This document shows positions 29,309 to 38,877 of a stretch of DNA of 64,000 nt, piece by piece. The position numbers were made by a program, and so were the translations under genes. Each line of letters begins with the position of its first letter. Position 1 is the stretch's first letter. The DNA comes from an uncultured delta proteobacterium (GTDB taxonomy: Bacteria > Desulfobacterota > Binatia > UBA9968): assembly GCA_963840855.1 (NCBI GenBank), contig CAWJBB010000034.1, forward strand, positions 64,001 to 128,000, given 5' to 3'. Below the pieces are notes generated by a model. The model saw only the letters and a list, made by a program, of their open reading frames with translations. It had not been told where the DNA came from and did no database searches.

Positions 29309-30799
29309 CTACGCTTCGATGAGCTTCTTCCACTTGTTGTAGATCTTCTCTTTCAACTCTGGCGAAGACTCGGCCACCGGGGGGAAGTCTTTCATCCACT
29401 CGAACGGCCGGCAGGCGTCGATGACCGCGCGGGAGTTGAATCCCTTCTTGCCCGGTTGAATGCGCGGATCGAGCGGGCCGCTCCAGCAGCGGCGCAGTAT
29501 TTCAATCGACTCCACCGGATCGGAGCGGCTGGCCAATGCCCAGAGCACGTCGAAGGTGTTGGTCGGGTCGATATCCTCATCGACGACGATAACGTAGCGC
29601 CCGAGATACGCTCCGGCGTGCACCTGCGAAGCGGCAAGCATCGCCTGGCGCGCATGCCCTGGATAGCGCTGCTTGATCGAGATGATGTTGAACAAGCGGC
29701 CGCCGCCGGCTTCGTGGCACCACACGCCTTTCACGTCGGGAACACCGGCCTTTTCAACCTGCTCCCAAATCAGCGACGCCTTCACCATACATTTGGCGAT
29801 GGAATAGTCTGACGGCGGACGGCCGGGGCGGGCGCAACAGAGGATCGGATCGTTTCTATAGTAGACGTTTTCAACGCGGATCACCGGCTCCGGCCGGCTC
29901 GAGCTCGCGTAGTATCCGGTCCACTCACCGAAGGGGCCTTCGGTCTTTCGGTCAGTCGGATCCATCCAACCTTCAATGACGATTTCCGCGTTAGCGGGGA
30001 AAGGCAGACCGGTCGACTTGCCTTCGATAACTTCGACAGGCTCGCCCTTCAAACCACCGGCATAATCGAATTCGGACACGCCGTAGTCGATCTCGTTACC
30101 GGAGACCATGAACAGGACCGGGTCCTGTCCGACGGAGACGACGACCGGACAAGGTTTGCCGCGCTCGAAGTACTTGTTGCGCTGAATGCCGCCGTGCTTG
30201 CCGGGCGAGATGTATAGCCCCATGCTCCCCTTGTCATGCACCATGCCGCGATAGGCGCCGAAGTTTACCCAGCCTTCGTCCGGGTCGCGCGTGATCACCA
30301 AGCAGGCAGTGCCAATAAACCGGCCGCCGTCGAGCTCGTGCATGAAAGGCACCGGGAACTTCAGGAGATCGATCTTATCGCCGGAGTCGACGTTCTCGAG
30401 CACCGGTCCTTTGGTGACGACTTTGTGCTTGATCGGCTCGTGGCTCATGAGCTTTTGGCGGAAAGCGCGCACCAGGTCCAGGTTCGACAAGTTCATGTCC
30501 AGGCCCAAGTTCAACGCCATCCGTTTGAAGGAAGCGTTCTGGGCGAAGAGGGTGCGGAAACCTTTCGGATAACCGGGAACGTTGTCGAATAAAACGGCCG
30601 GGGTTACGCCGCTCTTGGACTCACGAGCGAATATCTCCGCAAGCGTGCCCATCTCGAGATTCCAATCCACGCCGTCGGCCTTTTTCAGTTCGCCGAAACT
30701 GTCGACGATTTCGAGCCAGTCGCGCAAGTCTTTATACTTCGGGGTTTTCCCCGCCTTCATGTCATCTTCGGCCAGCTTTCTCGCCTCGAGTGCTGTCAT
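29309..30799 (-). CDS. UbiD-family prFMN-dependent (de)carboxylase
   Basis: DLRDWL, HELDGGRFIGT, NFGAYR, EGPFGEWTGYY, IVVDEDIDP, WALASRSDP. Confidence 0.92.
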   Translation of the reverse strand: MTALEARKLAEDDMKAGKTPKYKDLRDWLEIVDSFGELKKADGVDWNLEMGTLAEIFARESKSGVTPAVLFDNVPGYPKGFRTLFAQNASFKRMALNLGLDMNLSNLDLVRAFRQKLMSHEPIKHKVVTKGPVLENVDSGDKIDLLKFPVPFMHELDGGRFIGTACLVITRDPDEGWVNFGAYRGMVHDKGSMGLYISPGKHGGIQRNKYFERGKPCPVVVSVGQDPVLFMVSGNEIDYGVSEFDYAGGLKGEPVEVIEGKSTGLPFPANAEIVIEGWMDPTDRKTEGPFGEWTGYYASSSRPEPVIRVENVYYRNDPILCCARPGRPPSDYSIAKCMVKASLIWEQVEKAGVPDVKGVWCHEAGGGRLFNIISIKQRYPGHARQAMLAASQVHAGAYLGRYVIVVDEDIDPTNTFDVLWALASRSDPVESIEILRRCWSGPLDPRIQPGKKGFNSRAVIDACRPFEWMKDFPPVAESSPELKEKIYNKWKKLIEA

Positions 30800-30836
30800 C
30801 TATATCGATCTCCTTTCAGATTCGCTTGGGCGTATT

Positions 30837-31987
30837 CTAGTCCCCCAGCATCGATTCATCAATACCTTCCTTATCATCGGCCGGCAAACCATTGCAGCTG
30901 CTGGGATCCAAGTGCAGGTACACTTTGTCGCCCGGATTCACCGCATTAAAGGGATGTGTATGCACCGCTATTATGTCATCGCCCACCGCGACTTTGCACT
31001 GATAGGCGTCACCCATAAATATCGGCTTCAGTGACGGTTCCTTCTAAAACGTTATCCATGCTCGCGGGCCTTTCCTTGTGCAGCGGGATATTTTCCGGCC
31101 GGATGGAAATCACCGCTGCCTGATCTTTTTTGAGCGCAGTGGAAGGAATAAAACTCAATATCCCTTTCTTGGTTTGAAGTTTACCGGGACGGCTGTTGCC
31201 GTCGACTTCGAGGACCTTACCCTCAATCAGGTTGGTGAGGCCTAAAAACGTCGCTGTGAAACGTCTCTTCGGACGGGTATACAGTTCGTGCGGCGAGCCG
31301 ATCTCGATCAGCACGCCGGCGTGCATGACCGCGATCTGATCCGAAATCGCCAACGCCTCCGCTTGATCGTGGGTGACGAAAATCGTCGTGATGCTGGTTC
31401 GGCGTTGCAGCGACTTGATCTCTGATCTCATTTGTACGCGCAGCTTGGCGTCCAGGTTACTCAACGGCTCGTCGAGCAGCATGACCTTGGGCTCGTTTAT
31501 CAGCGCCCGCGCAAACGCCACACGCTGCTGCTGGCCGCCTGACAGTTTTGGCGCGGGCCGGTCTTCCAAACCATCCAGCCCCACGATCCTCAAAACGTCG
31601 GTTACGCGCCGCTTGATCTCCGCCCTGGGCCGGCGCTGAATGGTTAGCGGATAGGCGACGTTTTCCGCGACGGTCATATGCGGCCAGATCGCGTAGGATT
31701 GAAAAACCATGCCGATGGGCCGTTTGTTGGTTGGCACGTAGACGACGCTCGCCGGAGGCGTAAACCGCTTGGCCGCCGATATTAATCCGGCCGCCGTCGG
31801 GCCGCTCCAGGCCGGCGACGCAACGCAAGGTCGTGGTTTTGCCGCAACCGCTAGGGCCGAGAAAAGTATAAAGCGAACCCTCGGGAACATTGAGAGACAC
31901 GCCCTTCAAAACGTGAACACGCTCTTTATCTTCGCCGAAATATTTCTCCAACGAGTCGATCTGAACCATGTCTCTCTTCTCTGCCAT
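30837..31987 (-). CDS. ABC ATP-binding protein, Fe3+/polyamine (FbpC/PotA) type; two frameshifts near 31750 and 31023
   Basis: Walker A GPSGCGKTT in one frame; LSGGQQQR and LLDEPLSNLD in the next; TOBE-like tail ending at TAG 30837. Confidence 0.85.
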
Positions 31988-32049
31988 AAATCCTCCCGGA
32001 ACGCGCCGGCGGTTACCGTCCGGCTTGCAACGAATTGGTGAGCGGTTGC

Positions 32050-33741
32050 TTATTCGGCGATGCCGATTTTCGCGCCAAGTTTGCGCGCCGTAAAAGCCAT
32101 AGCGACGAGCAGCAATACCATCATTACCCCCAGCGCGCAGACATACGTGTATTGACCGCCTTCCCATAAGTCAAACGCCATGATCGACAGCACCGTGCTG
32201 TTGTACGAATACAGCAAGATCGAGGTCGATAATTCGCGCAATGCGATGATACTGATGTAAATCCAGCCGGCGGTAAAGCCCGGCATCAAGAGCGGCAAAA
32301 TGACTTTTCGGAACGTCTGAAACCAGGTGCCGCCGGCTGTCAGCGACGCCTCTTCCAATTCTTTATTGATTTGAATCATCGAGGCCGACGCGGCGCGAAT
32401 TCCATAGGGTATATATTTAGTAACGTACGCCAGAAGCAATACCCAGATCGTCCCATAAATTGGAATGGGTATGGTCAGATAAACCCAAATCAAGCTGACT
32501 CCGAGCACGATCCCAGGCATCGCTATGGGAATAAAAGTCAGCGTGTCAAGAAAGGCCCGCCCGGGCAGTTTGGTCTTGACCGTCACCCAGGCAATGACCG
32601 ATGTGAGCAGCATGACAATCGTCGCCGAACCCACCGAGAGATAAAAGCTGTTTTTGAACGCGGTGGCGGCCAGCGGATAGTTAATGATGTATTTGTAATT
32701 GGCCCACGTCATCTTTTCGGCCAACTCCCACGACGGCACGCCATAGTAAGGAATGAAGGACGACCAGAGCAGTACGAAAACCGGCATGATGACGGCGAGA
32801 AAAAAGATTAGAATCGAAAGCGCGCAGGTGAGGTATTTCCAGACGCCGAGATCGATCACCCGGGGACGGTAGCCCTTGCCGGTCACCGTCGCATAGCGCT
32901 CCTCGCGCCGGGTGATTTTTCCGTAAATCAGCACGCCGACGGTGCTGATTCCCAGCAAGGTCACCGCGTAAGCGCCGGCGAGTCCAAAGTCCGAGGGAAA
33001 TTGGTGAATCGCCAGAAAAATCTTGGTCGTGAAAACGGAGATTTTAGCCGGCACACCGATCAGCGCGGGCACTTCAAAGGCCTCAATGCCGCGAATGAAG
33101 ACGATCAACATCACGCTGAACATGGCCGGCCGCATGAGCGGCAGAGTTATGCGGCCGAAGGTCACAAGCGTGCTCGAACCGGCGGTCAAGGCGGCCTCTT
33201 CGAGGGAGGTGTCCATGTTGCGGAATGCCGCGGACATTAAAAGAAAAACCAGCGGATAGAGATGAATCGACTCCGCCCAGATCATCCCCCACATCGAGTA
33301 GACATTGAATGGCGCCGACTCCAGCCCGAGCAAACCCTTTATGACTAAGTTGATCAGACCAATCTTGGGGCTAAGTAGAAGTATCCAGGCGATAGTGCTC
33401 AGGATGCCTGGAATAATAAAGGGGATGAGCGCCATCACGACGAACAGTTTTTTAAGCGGCGTGTTGGTGCGCTCGCTCACCCAGGCGAGAAACGTGCCGA
33501 TCAGAAACGTAAGCGAACAGACGCCGATTGCGTAGTAAACGGAATTCAGAAAAAGGACGTAGAATTCCTTATCGAAGTAAGCCTTGACGTAATTCTGGAT
33601 GGTATAGGTTGCCCCTGGCTCTCCTATCGGCGCGCTGCGAATGCTGCCGTAGAGGAGCATCACCAGAGGCACACCGGCCAGGTAAAGCACGAAAATTATC
33701 GCCCCAATCAGAATTAGAGCTTGGGCGTTGAGCCTGCGCAC
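32050..33741 (-). CDS. ABC permease with two BPD_transp_1 domains (FbpB-like)
   Basis: Two EAA loops (SLEEAALTAG, ELEEASLTAG), YATVTGKGYRP linker. Confidence 0.92.
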   Translation of the reverse strand: MRRLNAQALILIGAIIFVLYLAGVPLVMLLYGSIRSAPIGEPGATYTIQNYVKAYFDKEFYVLFLNSVYYAIGVCSLTFLIGTFLAWVSERTNTPLKKLFVVMALIPFIIPGILSTIAWILLLSPKIGLINLVIKGLLGLESAPFNVYSMWGMIWAESIHLYPLVFLLMSAAFRNMDTSLEEAALTAGSSTLVTFGRITLPLMRPAMFSVMLIVFIRGIEAFEVPALIGVPAKISVFTTKIFLAIHQFPSDFGLAGAYAVTLLGISTVGVLIYGKITRREERYATVTGKGYRPRVIDLGVWKYLTCALSILIFFLAVIMPVFVLLWSSFIPYYGVPSWELAEKMTWANYKYIINYPLAATAFKNSFYLSVGSATIVMLLTSVIAWVTVKTKLPGRAFLDTLTFIPIAMPGIVLGVSLIWVYLTIPIPIYGTIWVLLLAYVTKYIPYGIRAASASMIQINKELEEASLTAGGTWFQTFRKVILPLLMPGFTAGWIYISIIALRELSTSILLYSYNSTVLSIMAFDLWEGGQYTYVCALGVMMVLLLVAMAFTARKLGAKIGIAE

Positions 33742-33762
33742 CTTGACCCTCCTGGAATTGGA

Positions 33763-34590
33763 CTAATTTCTTGGCGCTTCGTTAATGTTGTGAACGACCT
33801 GGTCCTGGAGCATGGTCTTTTTGACTTCCTCCTCGATCAGGTTCCAGACTTGATCTTCATATTTCAAAAAGCTCGGATCACGCTTGACCGAAAGCTCGCG
33901 CGGCCGCGGTATATCGATTTTGATCGTCGCTTTCACCCGACCCGGACGGGCGGCGAACACGATCACCCGGTCGGCGAGATAAATCGCCTCGTTAATCTGG
34001 TGGGTGATAAATAGCACGGTCTTTTGGGACTCGCGCCAGATGCGCAGCAATTCCGACTGCATGATTTCACGGGTCTGGGCATCGAGAGCGGCGAAAGGCT
34101 CGTCCATGATGAGGATCTTCGGGTCCACTGTCAGCGCCCTGGCGAGATTGCAGCGCTGTTGCATACCACCGGAAAGTTCGTGCGGGTAGTGTTCTTCGAA
34201 ACCCGACAAACCCACGAGTTTGATAAACTCCTTGGCGCGCGCACTCCCTTCGGCGTTATCGAGGCCCTGGCATTCCAAACCGAAGATGACGTTCTTAAAC
34301 ACCGTGCGCCACGGCATCAGACAGGAATCTTGGAAGACCATGCCGCGGTCCGTTCCCGGTCCCTTGACCGCAACGCCGTCAATATCGATCCGCCCTGCCG
34401 TCGGCTTGAGCAAGCCGTCGCAGAGGTTAATAAAGGTGGTCTTGCCGCAGCCGCTGGGTCCGACGATGGTAACGAACTCGCCGTCGTCCACCTGTAAGTT
34501 GATGTTTTCCAGCGCCAATAACCTGCCGCCCGTGCGCGGCTGATAGTATTCGTGCCGCAGGCCAGTCGCCTTCAATTTAGTCTGTGCCAC
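33763..34590 (-). CDS. ABC ATP-binding protein, NitT/TauT family
   Basis: GPSGCGKTT, YPHELSGGMQQR, MDEPFAALDAQTRE, RPGRVK, PRPR. Confidence 0.93.
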   Translation of the reverse strand: MAQTKLKATGLRHEYYQPRTGGRLLALENINLQVDDGEFVTIVGPSGCGKTTFINLCDGLLKPTAGRIDIDGVAVKGPGTDRGMVFQDSCLMPWRTVFKNVIFGLECQGLDNAEGSARAKEFIKLVGLSGFEEHYPHELSGGMQQRCNLARALTVDPKILIMDEPFAALDAQTREIMQSELLRIWRESQKTVLFITHQINEAIYLADRVIVFAARPGRVKATIKIDIPRPRELSVKRDPSFLKYEDQVWNLIEEEVKKTMLQDQVVHNINEAPRN

Positions 34591-34713
34591 GATACCTCCT
34601 CAATTTATGTGAAAATTCCCAGTTCATGGATCGCTGCCGTCACTGGCCGCCGCTGTGAAAACCGCCTTAGCACTTATCACTTTCATTGCTTTTTGCAAGT
34701 TTTGATGCCTTCG

Positions 34714-34742
34714 TTGACAACAAAAAATTAATCGGATAGGTT
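34714..34742 (+). promoter_or_regulatory. Sigma70 promoter of the GntR gene
   Basis: TTGACA (34714-34719), 17 nt spacer, TAGGTT (34737-34742). Confidence 0.65.
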
Positions 34743-34749
34743 TCGCGGC

Positions 34750-34773
34750 ATTGCATAAACTTTTTTATGCAAT
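34750..34773. promoter_or_regulatory. Putative GntR/FadR operator palindrome
   Basis: Perfect 10-bp inverted repeat ATTGCATAAA-N4-TTTATGCAAT between the -10 box and the GntR ATG, which it overlaps. Confidence 0.6.
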
Positions 34774-35504
34774 TTCGCTCGATGCCGTACGCCCTAAGAA
34801 AATCGAAACCCAAACCGCGCGCCGCCGAAAATCTCTCCGTGCGCGTTTATGCCCAGATCAAGAACTTGATTCTGTGCAACGAGGTCATGCCGGGCCAAAA
34901 ACTGCATCATCAGGAACTCAGCGACCGTCTCGGCGTCAGTCGCACTCCCGTGCGCGAAGCGCTTACTCGGCTCGTGCAAGAAGGTTACGTATCGTTTCTG
35001 CCGAATCGCGGTTTTACCTGCAAAGAAATTAGATTGCAAGAGGCGGAAGAGCTGTACGATGTGCGCGAAGCCCTGGAGGCTTTCGCGGTTGAAAAAGCGG
35101 TCCAAAATGTGAGCGACGACGGCCTCGATAAACTGTCCCGAAAGATGCATCGTTACGGCGCGGACGTCGAGCGACGCTTCTCGCGCGAGCGCCTGATCTA
35201 CGACCAGGACCTGCACCTGGAAATCGCCCGCATCGCCGGCAACGAAACATTGATTCGCGCGTTGACTCAAGTATTTGAACGGATCATATTGAAAAGACGA
35301 ACCGACGGCCTTTATGACCCGGCCCGCGGCCTCACCGCCCACCAGGAACATCTCGAGCTCATTCAAGCCATGAAGCGGCGCGACGCGGCGCAAGCTGTCG
35401 GCATTCTGCGCTCGCACATCCGGGCCGGCAAAGACAACGTCCTTGCCGATTTGCGCCAAAGACAGCATTTACGTGAGCCCCAGGGTTCGCCGATTTTAGT
35501 CTAA
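34767..35504 (+). CDS. GntR family regulator (FCD/FadR subfamily)
   Basis: LSDRLGVSRTPVREALTRL HTH; ELYDVREALE; EHLELIQAM..HI. Confidence 0.93.
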   Translation: MQFRSMPYALRKSKPKPRAAENLSVRVYAQIKNLILCNEVMPGQKLHHQELSDRLGVSRTPVREALTRLVQEGYVSFLPNRGFTCKEIRLQEAEELYDVREALEAFAVEKAVQNVSDDGLDKLSRKMHRYGADVERRFSRERLIYDQDLHLEIARIAGNETLIRALTQVFERIILKRRTDGLYDPARGLTAHQEHLELIQAMKRRDAAQAVGILRSHIRAGKDNVLADLRQRQHLREPQGSPILV

Positions 35505-35538
35505 TGGAGTGGCTCATAAATCGGGGGACTTATCTACC

Positions 35539-35643
35539 CGTCATTCCGGCCAACATGGCGATAGCTAGCGCGAGCCGGAATCCAGTGTAGGGGCGGGTTT
35601 AAAACCCACCCCTACAACATGTCCACTTTGGGAGGAATGACGG
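35539..35643. repeat. REP-like element with a nested GTAGGGGCGGG...ACCCCTAC hairpin
   Basis: CGTCATTCC...GGAATGACG outer arms; inner 35588-35615 palindrome of a second family also seen at about 54654-54738. Confidence 0.7.
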
Positions 35644-35731
35644 ACTCGGACTCCTAACTTTGTAAGCAAACTATAATTCCAGGACACTAGCAACAGAATC
35701 AGAACAAATACCAACAAAGGAAGGACGAACA

Positions 35732-37102
35732 ATGGCTGCAGATCTGGTAATCAAAAACGGTTGGGTAGTAACACCCACCGAAACGTTTCAAGGGGGCGTT
35801 GCCATCAGCAACGAGAAAATCGTCGCCATCGGCGCCAACGACCAGTTGCCCCAAGGCAAGGAAGAAATCGACGCGAAGGGCAAGCATATCCTCCCCGGCA
35901 TCTTCGATGGCCATGTCCATTTTCGCGAGCCCGGCATGACGCATAAAGAAGATTTTCAAACCGGTTCCACGGCGGCGGTGTGCGGCGGCATAACCACCGT
36001 CATCGACATGCCGAACACGGTTCCGCCCACCGCGGACGCGGAACAAGTGAAAGTCAAGAAAGAGCTGGGCGAGGCGAAATCGCTCGTGGACTTCGGCATC
36101 ACCGGCGTCATCGTGCAAACCAACACGAAAAATATTCTGCCCATGGCCGCCGCCGGCGCCATCGGCTACAAGATCTTCTTCGGCGAAACCATCGGCAACC
36201 TGCCCTTCCCCGATGACGGCATGTGCATGGAGGCATTCGATTACATCGCGCAATCAAAGCTGCCTTTGGGCATTCACGCCGAGAACCGCCAGATTATGGC
36301 CTATTGCACCAACAAGCTTAAAACCGAAGGCAAGAATGACGCCCGCTATTGGGAAGCCTCCCGTCCCGATATCTGCGAGGCGGAGTCGGTGCACCACGCC
36401 CTGTTCTTCGCCGAAACCTTCGGCACCAAGCTTCATGTTTTTCACATGAGCTCCAAGCAAGCTGCTTACATGGTCCGCGACGCCAAGGCGCGCGGCCTCA
36501 GAGTAACGGCGGAAACCGGGCCCCATTATCTGCTGCGCGAACCCAATGATATGGACAACGTGGGGTCGCTGCTCAAGATGAATCCGCCGGTGCGCACCAA
36601 AGATCACGCCGAGGTTCTCTGGCAGGGGCTCCGCGAAGGTTTCGTTGACACATTGGCTACCGACCACTCGCCGCACACGCTGGATGAAAAGGGTTCGGAC
36701 ATCTACGGCAAACTCACCAAGCCGGCGATCTGGGACTGCATCTCCGGTTTCTGCGGCGTCGAGACCGGCGTGCCGCTGATATTGACTGAGGTGAACAAGG
36801 GCCGGCTGACACTCAACCAGTACGTCAAAGTCGCCTGCGAGAATCCGGCTAAAGTCTGGCAGGTCTACCCGCAAAAGGGCGCGATCCGCCTGGGCTCCGA
36901 CGGCGACATCACGATCATCGACATGGACAAGGAAGGCGCCATCGACGTCAACAAGCTGCACAGTAAAAACAAACCATCGCCATGGCATGGCTGGAAAGTG
37001 AAGGGCATGCCGGTCTGCACCATCGTGCGCGGCCATGTGCAGATGAGAGACGGCGAGCCCTGCGGTAAAGCTATCGGCAAGGCGCTGAAGCCATTGGTCT
37101 AA
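35732..37102 (+). CDS. Cyclic amidohydrolase (allantoinase/dihydroorotase/dihydropyrimidinase family)
   Basis: DGHVHFREPG, DMPNTVPP, GYKIF, HAEN, KMNPPVR, ATDHSPH. Confidence 0.9.
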   Translation: MAADLVIKNGWVVTPTETFQGGVAISNEKIVAIGANDQLPQGKEEIDAKGKHILPGIFDGHVHFREPGMTHKEDFQTGSTAAVCGGITTVIDMPNTVPPTADAEQVKVKKELGEAKSLVDFGITGVIVQTNTKNILPMAAAGAIGYKIFFGETIGNLPFPDDGMCMEAFDYIAQSKLPLGIHAENRQIMAYCTNKLKTEGKNDARYWEASRPDICEAESVHHALFFAETFGTKLHVFHMSSKQAAYMVRDAKARGLRVTAETGPHYLLREPNDMDNVGSLLKMNPPVRTKDHAEVLWQGLREGFVDTLATDHSPHTLDEKGSDIYGKLTKPAIWDCISGFCGVETGVPLILTEVNKGRLTLNQYVKVACENPAKVWQVYPQKGAIRLGSDGDITIIDMDKEGAIDVNKLHSKNKPSPWHGWKVKGMPVCTIVRGHVQMRDGEPCGKAIGKALKPLV

Positions 37103-37105
37103 AGA

Positions 37106-37177
37106 TGGGAGTACTGGAGTGCTGGAGTATTGGAGTGATGCATTTAAAACCCATCACTCCGGTACTCCAACACTCCA
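37106..37177. repeat. Short-period palindromic repeat (GGAGTACT/GGAGTGCT...TACTCCAACACTCC)
   Basis: Same family as 5833-5897. Confidence 0.75.
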
Positions 37178-37261
37178 GGACCCCAGTCCGCTGCGGAATG
37201 ACGCCTTCGAGCGTGACGAAGCGTATGAGCCTCTATGATCGTTTCGCAAGGAAATAAGTTC

Positions 37262-38173
37262 ATGAAGCGCACTGAACCTTTAGAAATGTACCAGCCGGAT
37301 TCGCTCCAAGAGGCGAGCCGGCTGCTCAAAGAAAATGGCCCGGGGGGCCGCTTTCTCGCCGGCGGCACCGATCTGGTTATCGCGATGAAGGAAAAGGGCC
37401 TGGTACCGAAGTATATCGTCGATCTCAAACGGATTGCCGGTCTCGCGGGTATCCGCGAAAACGGCGATGGCACTATCTCTCTCGGCGCTCTGACAACCAT
37501 GCGGGAAGTCGAAGTTTCGCCGCTGATCAGGAAGAAGTATCCCTTTCTCGCGCAGAGCGCGGCTGAAGTAGGTTCGATTCAGATCAGAAACCGCGCCACT
37601 GTCGGCGGCAACATGGCCAACGCCACGCCATCCGCCGATGTCGCGCCCGCCCTGATTGCGCTCAGCGCCACCGCAAAAATCGTCGGCGCGAGCGGCGCAA
37701 GGGCCGTGCCGCTTGAAAGTTTCTTTCGCGGTCCCGGCCAAACCGTCATGAGCAGCGACGAAATTCTCACGGAAATCACGATCCCCAAAACCGCCGCGCA
37801 GCTCGTCGGCGAGTACATCAAGTTTTCACCGCGCGAAATGATGGACCTGGCTTACGTCGGGGTCGCGGTGGCGTACAATCTGAGCGAAACAGATAAGCGA
37901 TGCACTGGTGTGAAGATCGTTCTCGGCGCCGTGGCCCCAACGCCGATACGCGCCAAGAAAGCAGAAGCCGCCCTGGAAGGACAGACGTTGACCGAAGCGC
38001 TGGCGGAAAAGGCCGGCGCCGCCGCCGCGGAAGAATCCAAGCCCATCAGCGACGTGCGCTCGAGCGCTGACTACCGCCGCGCCATGGTCGGTGCCATGAC
38101 CAAACGCGCGATATTAAACGCCGCCGCCGGACCGGCAAAGTCGTGGGTCGAGCGGCGCGACCGGCGATATTAG
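37262..38173 (+). CDS. Mo-hydroxylase FAD-binding (medium) subunit, CoxM-like
   Basis: FLAGGTDL, QIRNRATVGGN, PSAD, GAVAPTP, PISDVRSSADYR. Confidence 0.93.
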   Translation: MKRTEPLEMYQPDSLQEASRLLKENGPGGRFLAGGTDLVIAMKEKGLVPKYIVDLKRIAGLAGIRENGDGTISLGALTTMREVEVSPLIRKKYPFLAQSAAEVGSIQIRNRATVGGNMANATPSADVAPALIALSATAKIVGASGARAVPLESFFRGPGQTVMSSDEILTEITIPKTAAQLVGEYIKFSPREMMDLAYVGVAVAYNLSETDKRCTGVKIVLGAVAPTPIRAKKAEAALEGQTLTEALAEKAGAAAAEESKPISDVRSSADYRRAMVGAMTKRAILNAAAGPAKSWVERRDRRY

Positions 38174-38276
38174 CAGGCGCTACGGTCTATCTCGCGTCTT
38201 GGGTCTCGCGTTAACTCTAGACTCAAGACACGGGACCCGAGACCAACTTTGAGCAGCCTTTAAGAGAGGTTTTTGT

Positions 38277-38759
38277 ATGAACAAGACTATTGATTTCACA
38301 CTCAACGGCAAACAAGTTTCGCGCGAAGTTCCCAATCACCGCCTGTTGCTCGATCTGTTGCGCGATGAGATCGGCGCGACTGGCACAAAAGAAGGCTGCG
38401 GCACCGGCGACTGCGGCGCGTGCACGGTTTTGCTCGACGGCAAACCCGTTAACTCATGCCTCGTGCTTTCCGGCGAACTTGACGGCACCGACATCGTCAC
38501 CATCGAGGGACTGAAGATCGGTCCGGAGTTGCATCCGATTCAAAAAGCCTTCTTGCAAGACGGCGGCGCCCAGTGCGGCTACTGCACGCCGGGAATGCTA
38601 ATGATGTCAAAGGCGCTGCTCGACGAAAATCTCAACCCCACGGAAGAGGATATTCGCTTCGCGCTGTCGGGCAACCTCTGCCGTTGCACCGGCTACGCGA
38701 AGATCATCCAGGCCGTGCAAGACGCTGCAACGATTATGCGAAGCAAAACCGTTCCATAA
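38277..38759 (+). CDS. Mo-hydroxylase 2x[2Fe-2S] (small) subunit, CoxS-like
   Basis: GCGTGDCGAC, NSCL, QCGYCTPG, GNLCRCTGY. Confidence 0.95.
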   Translation: MNKTIDFTLNGKQVSREVPNHRLLLDLLRDEIGATGTKEGCGTGDCGACTVLLDGKPVNSCLVLSGELDGTDIVTIEGLKIGPELHPIQKAFLQDGGAQCGYCTPGMLMMSKALLDENLNPTEEDIRFALSGNLCRCTGYAKIIQAVQDAATIMRSKTVP

Positions 38760-38760
38760 G

Positions 38761-38862
38761 TTTCAACCGTTCCAATCGTTCCAAACGTTCCAATCGTTTA
38801 AATCTTTAAATCCGCTTGAACACATGGAACGGTTGGAACCATTGGAACTGTTGGAACTGGAA
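38761..38862. repeat. 9-nt-period palindromic repeat (CGTTCCAAT / TTGGAACNG)
   Basis: ttcaaccgttccaatcgttccaaacgttccaatcg...tggaacggttggaaccattggaactgttggaac; relatives at about 43505-43540 and 47175-47197. Confidence 0.8.
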
Positions 38863-38877
38863 TTCTTAGGAGAAGAC

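Noticed and set aside
30837-31987. Programmed frameshifting or true pseudogenes for the split genes
   Set aside because: Indels are scattered over unrelated genes, mostly in simple runs, without accumulated stops or slippery-site structures; sequencing error is more parsimonious.
38824-38877. N-terminal extension MERLEPLELLELEF on the Mo subunit
   Set aside because: Translation of a 9-nt repeat; a good AGGAG RBS precedes ATG 38878.
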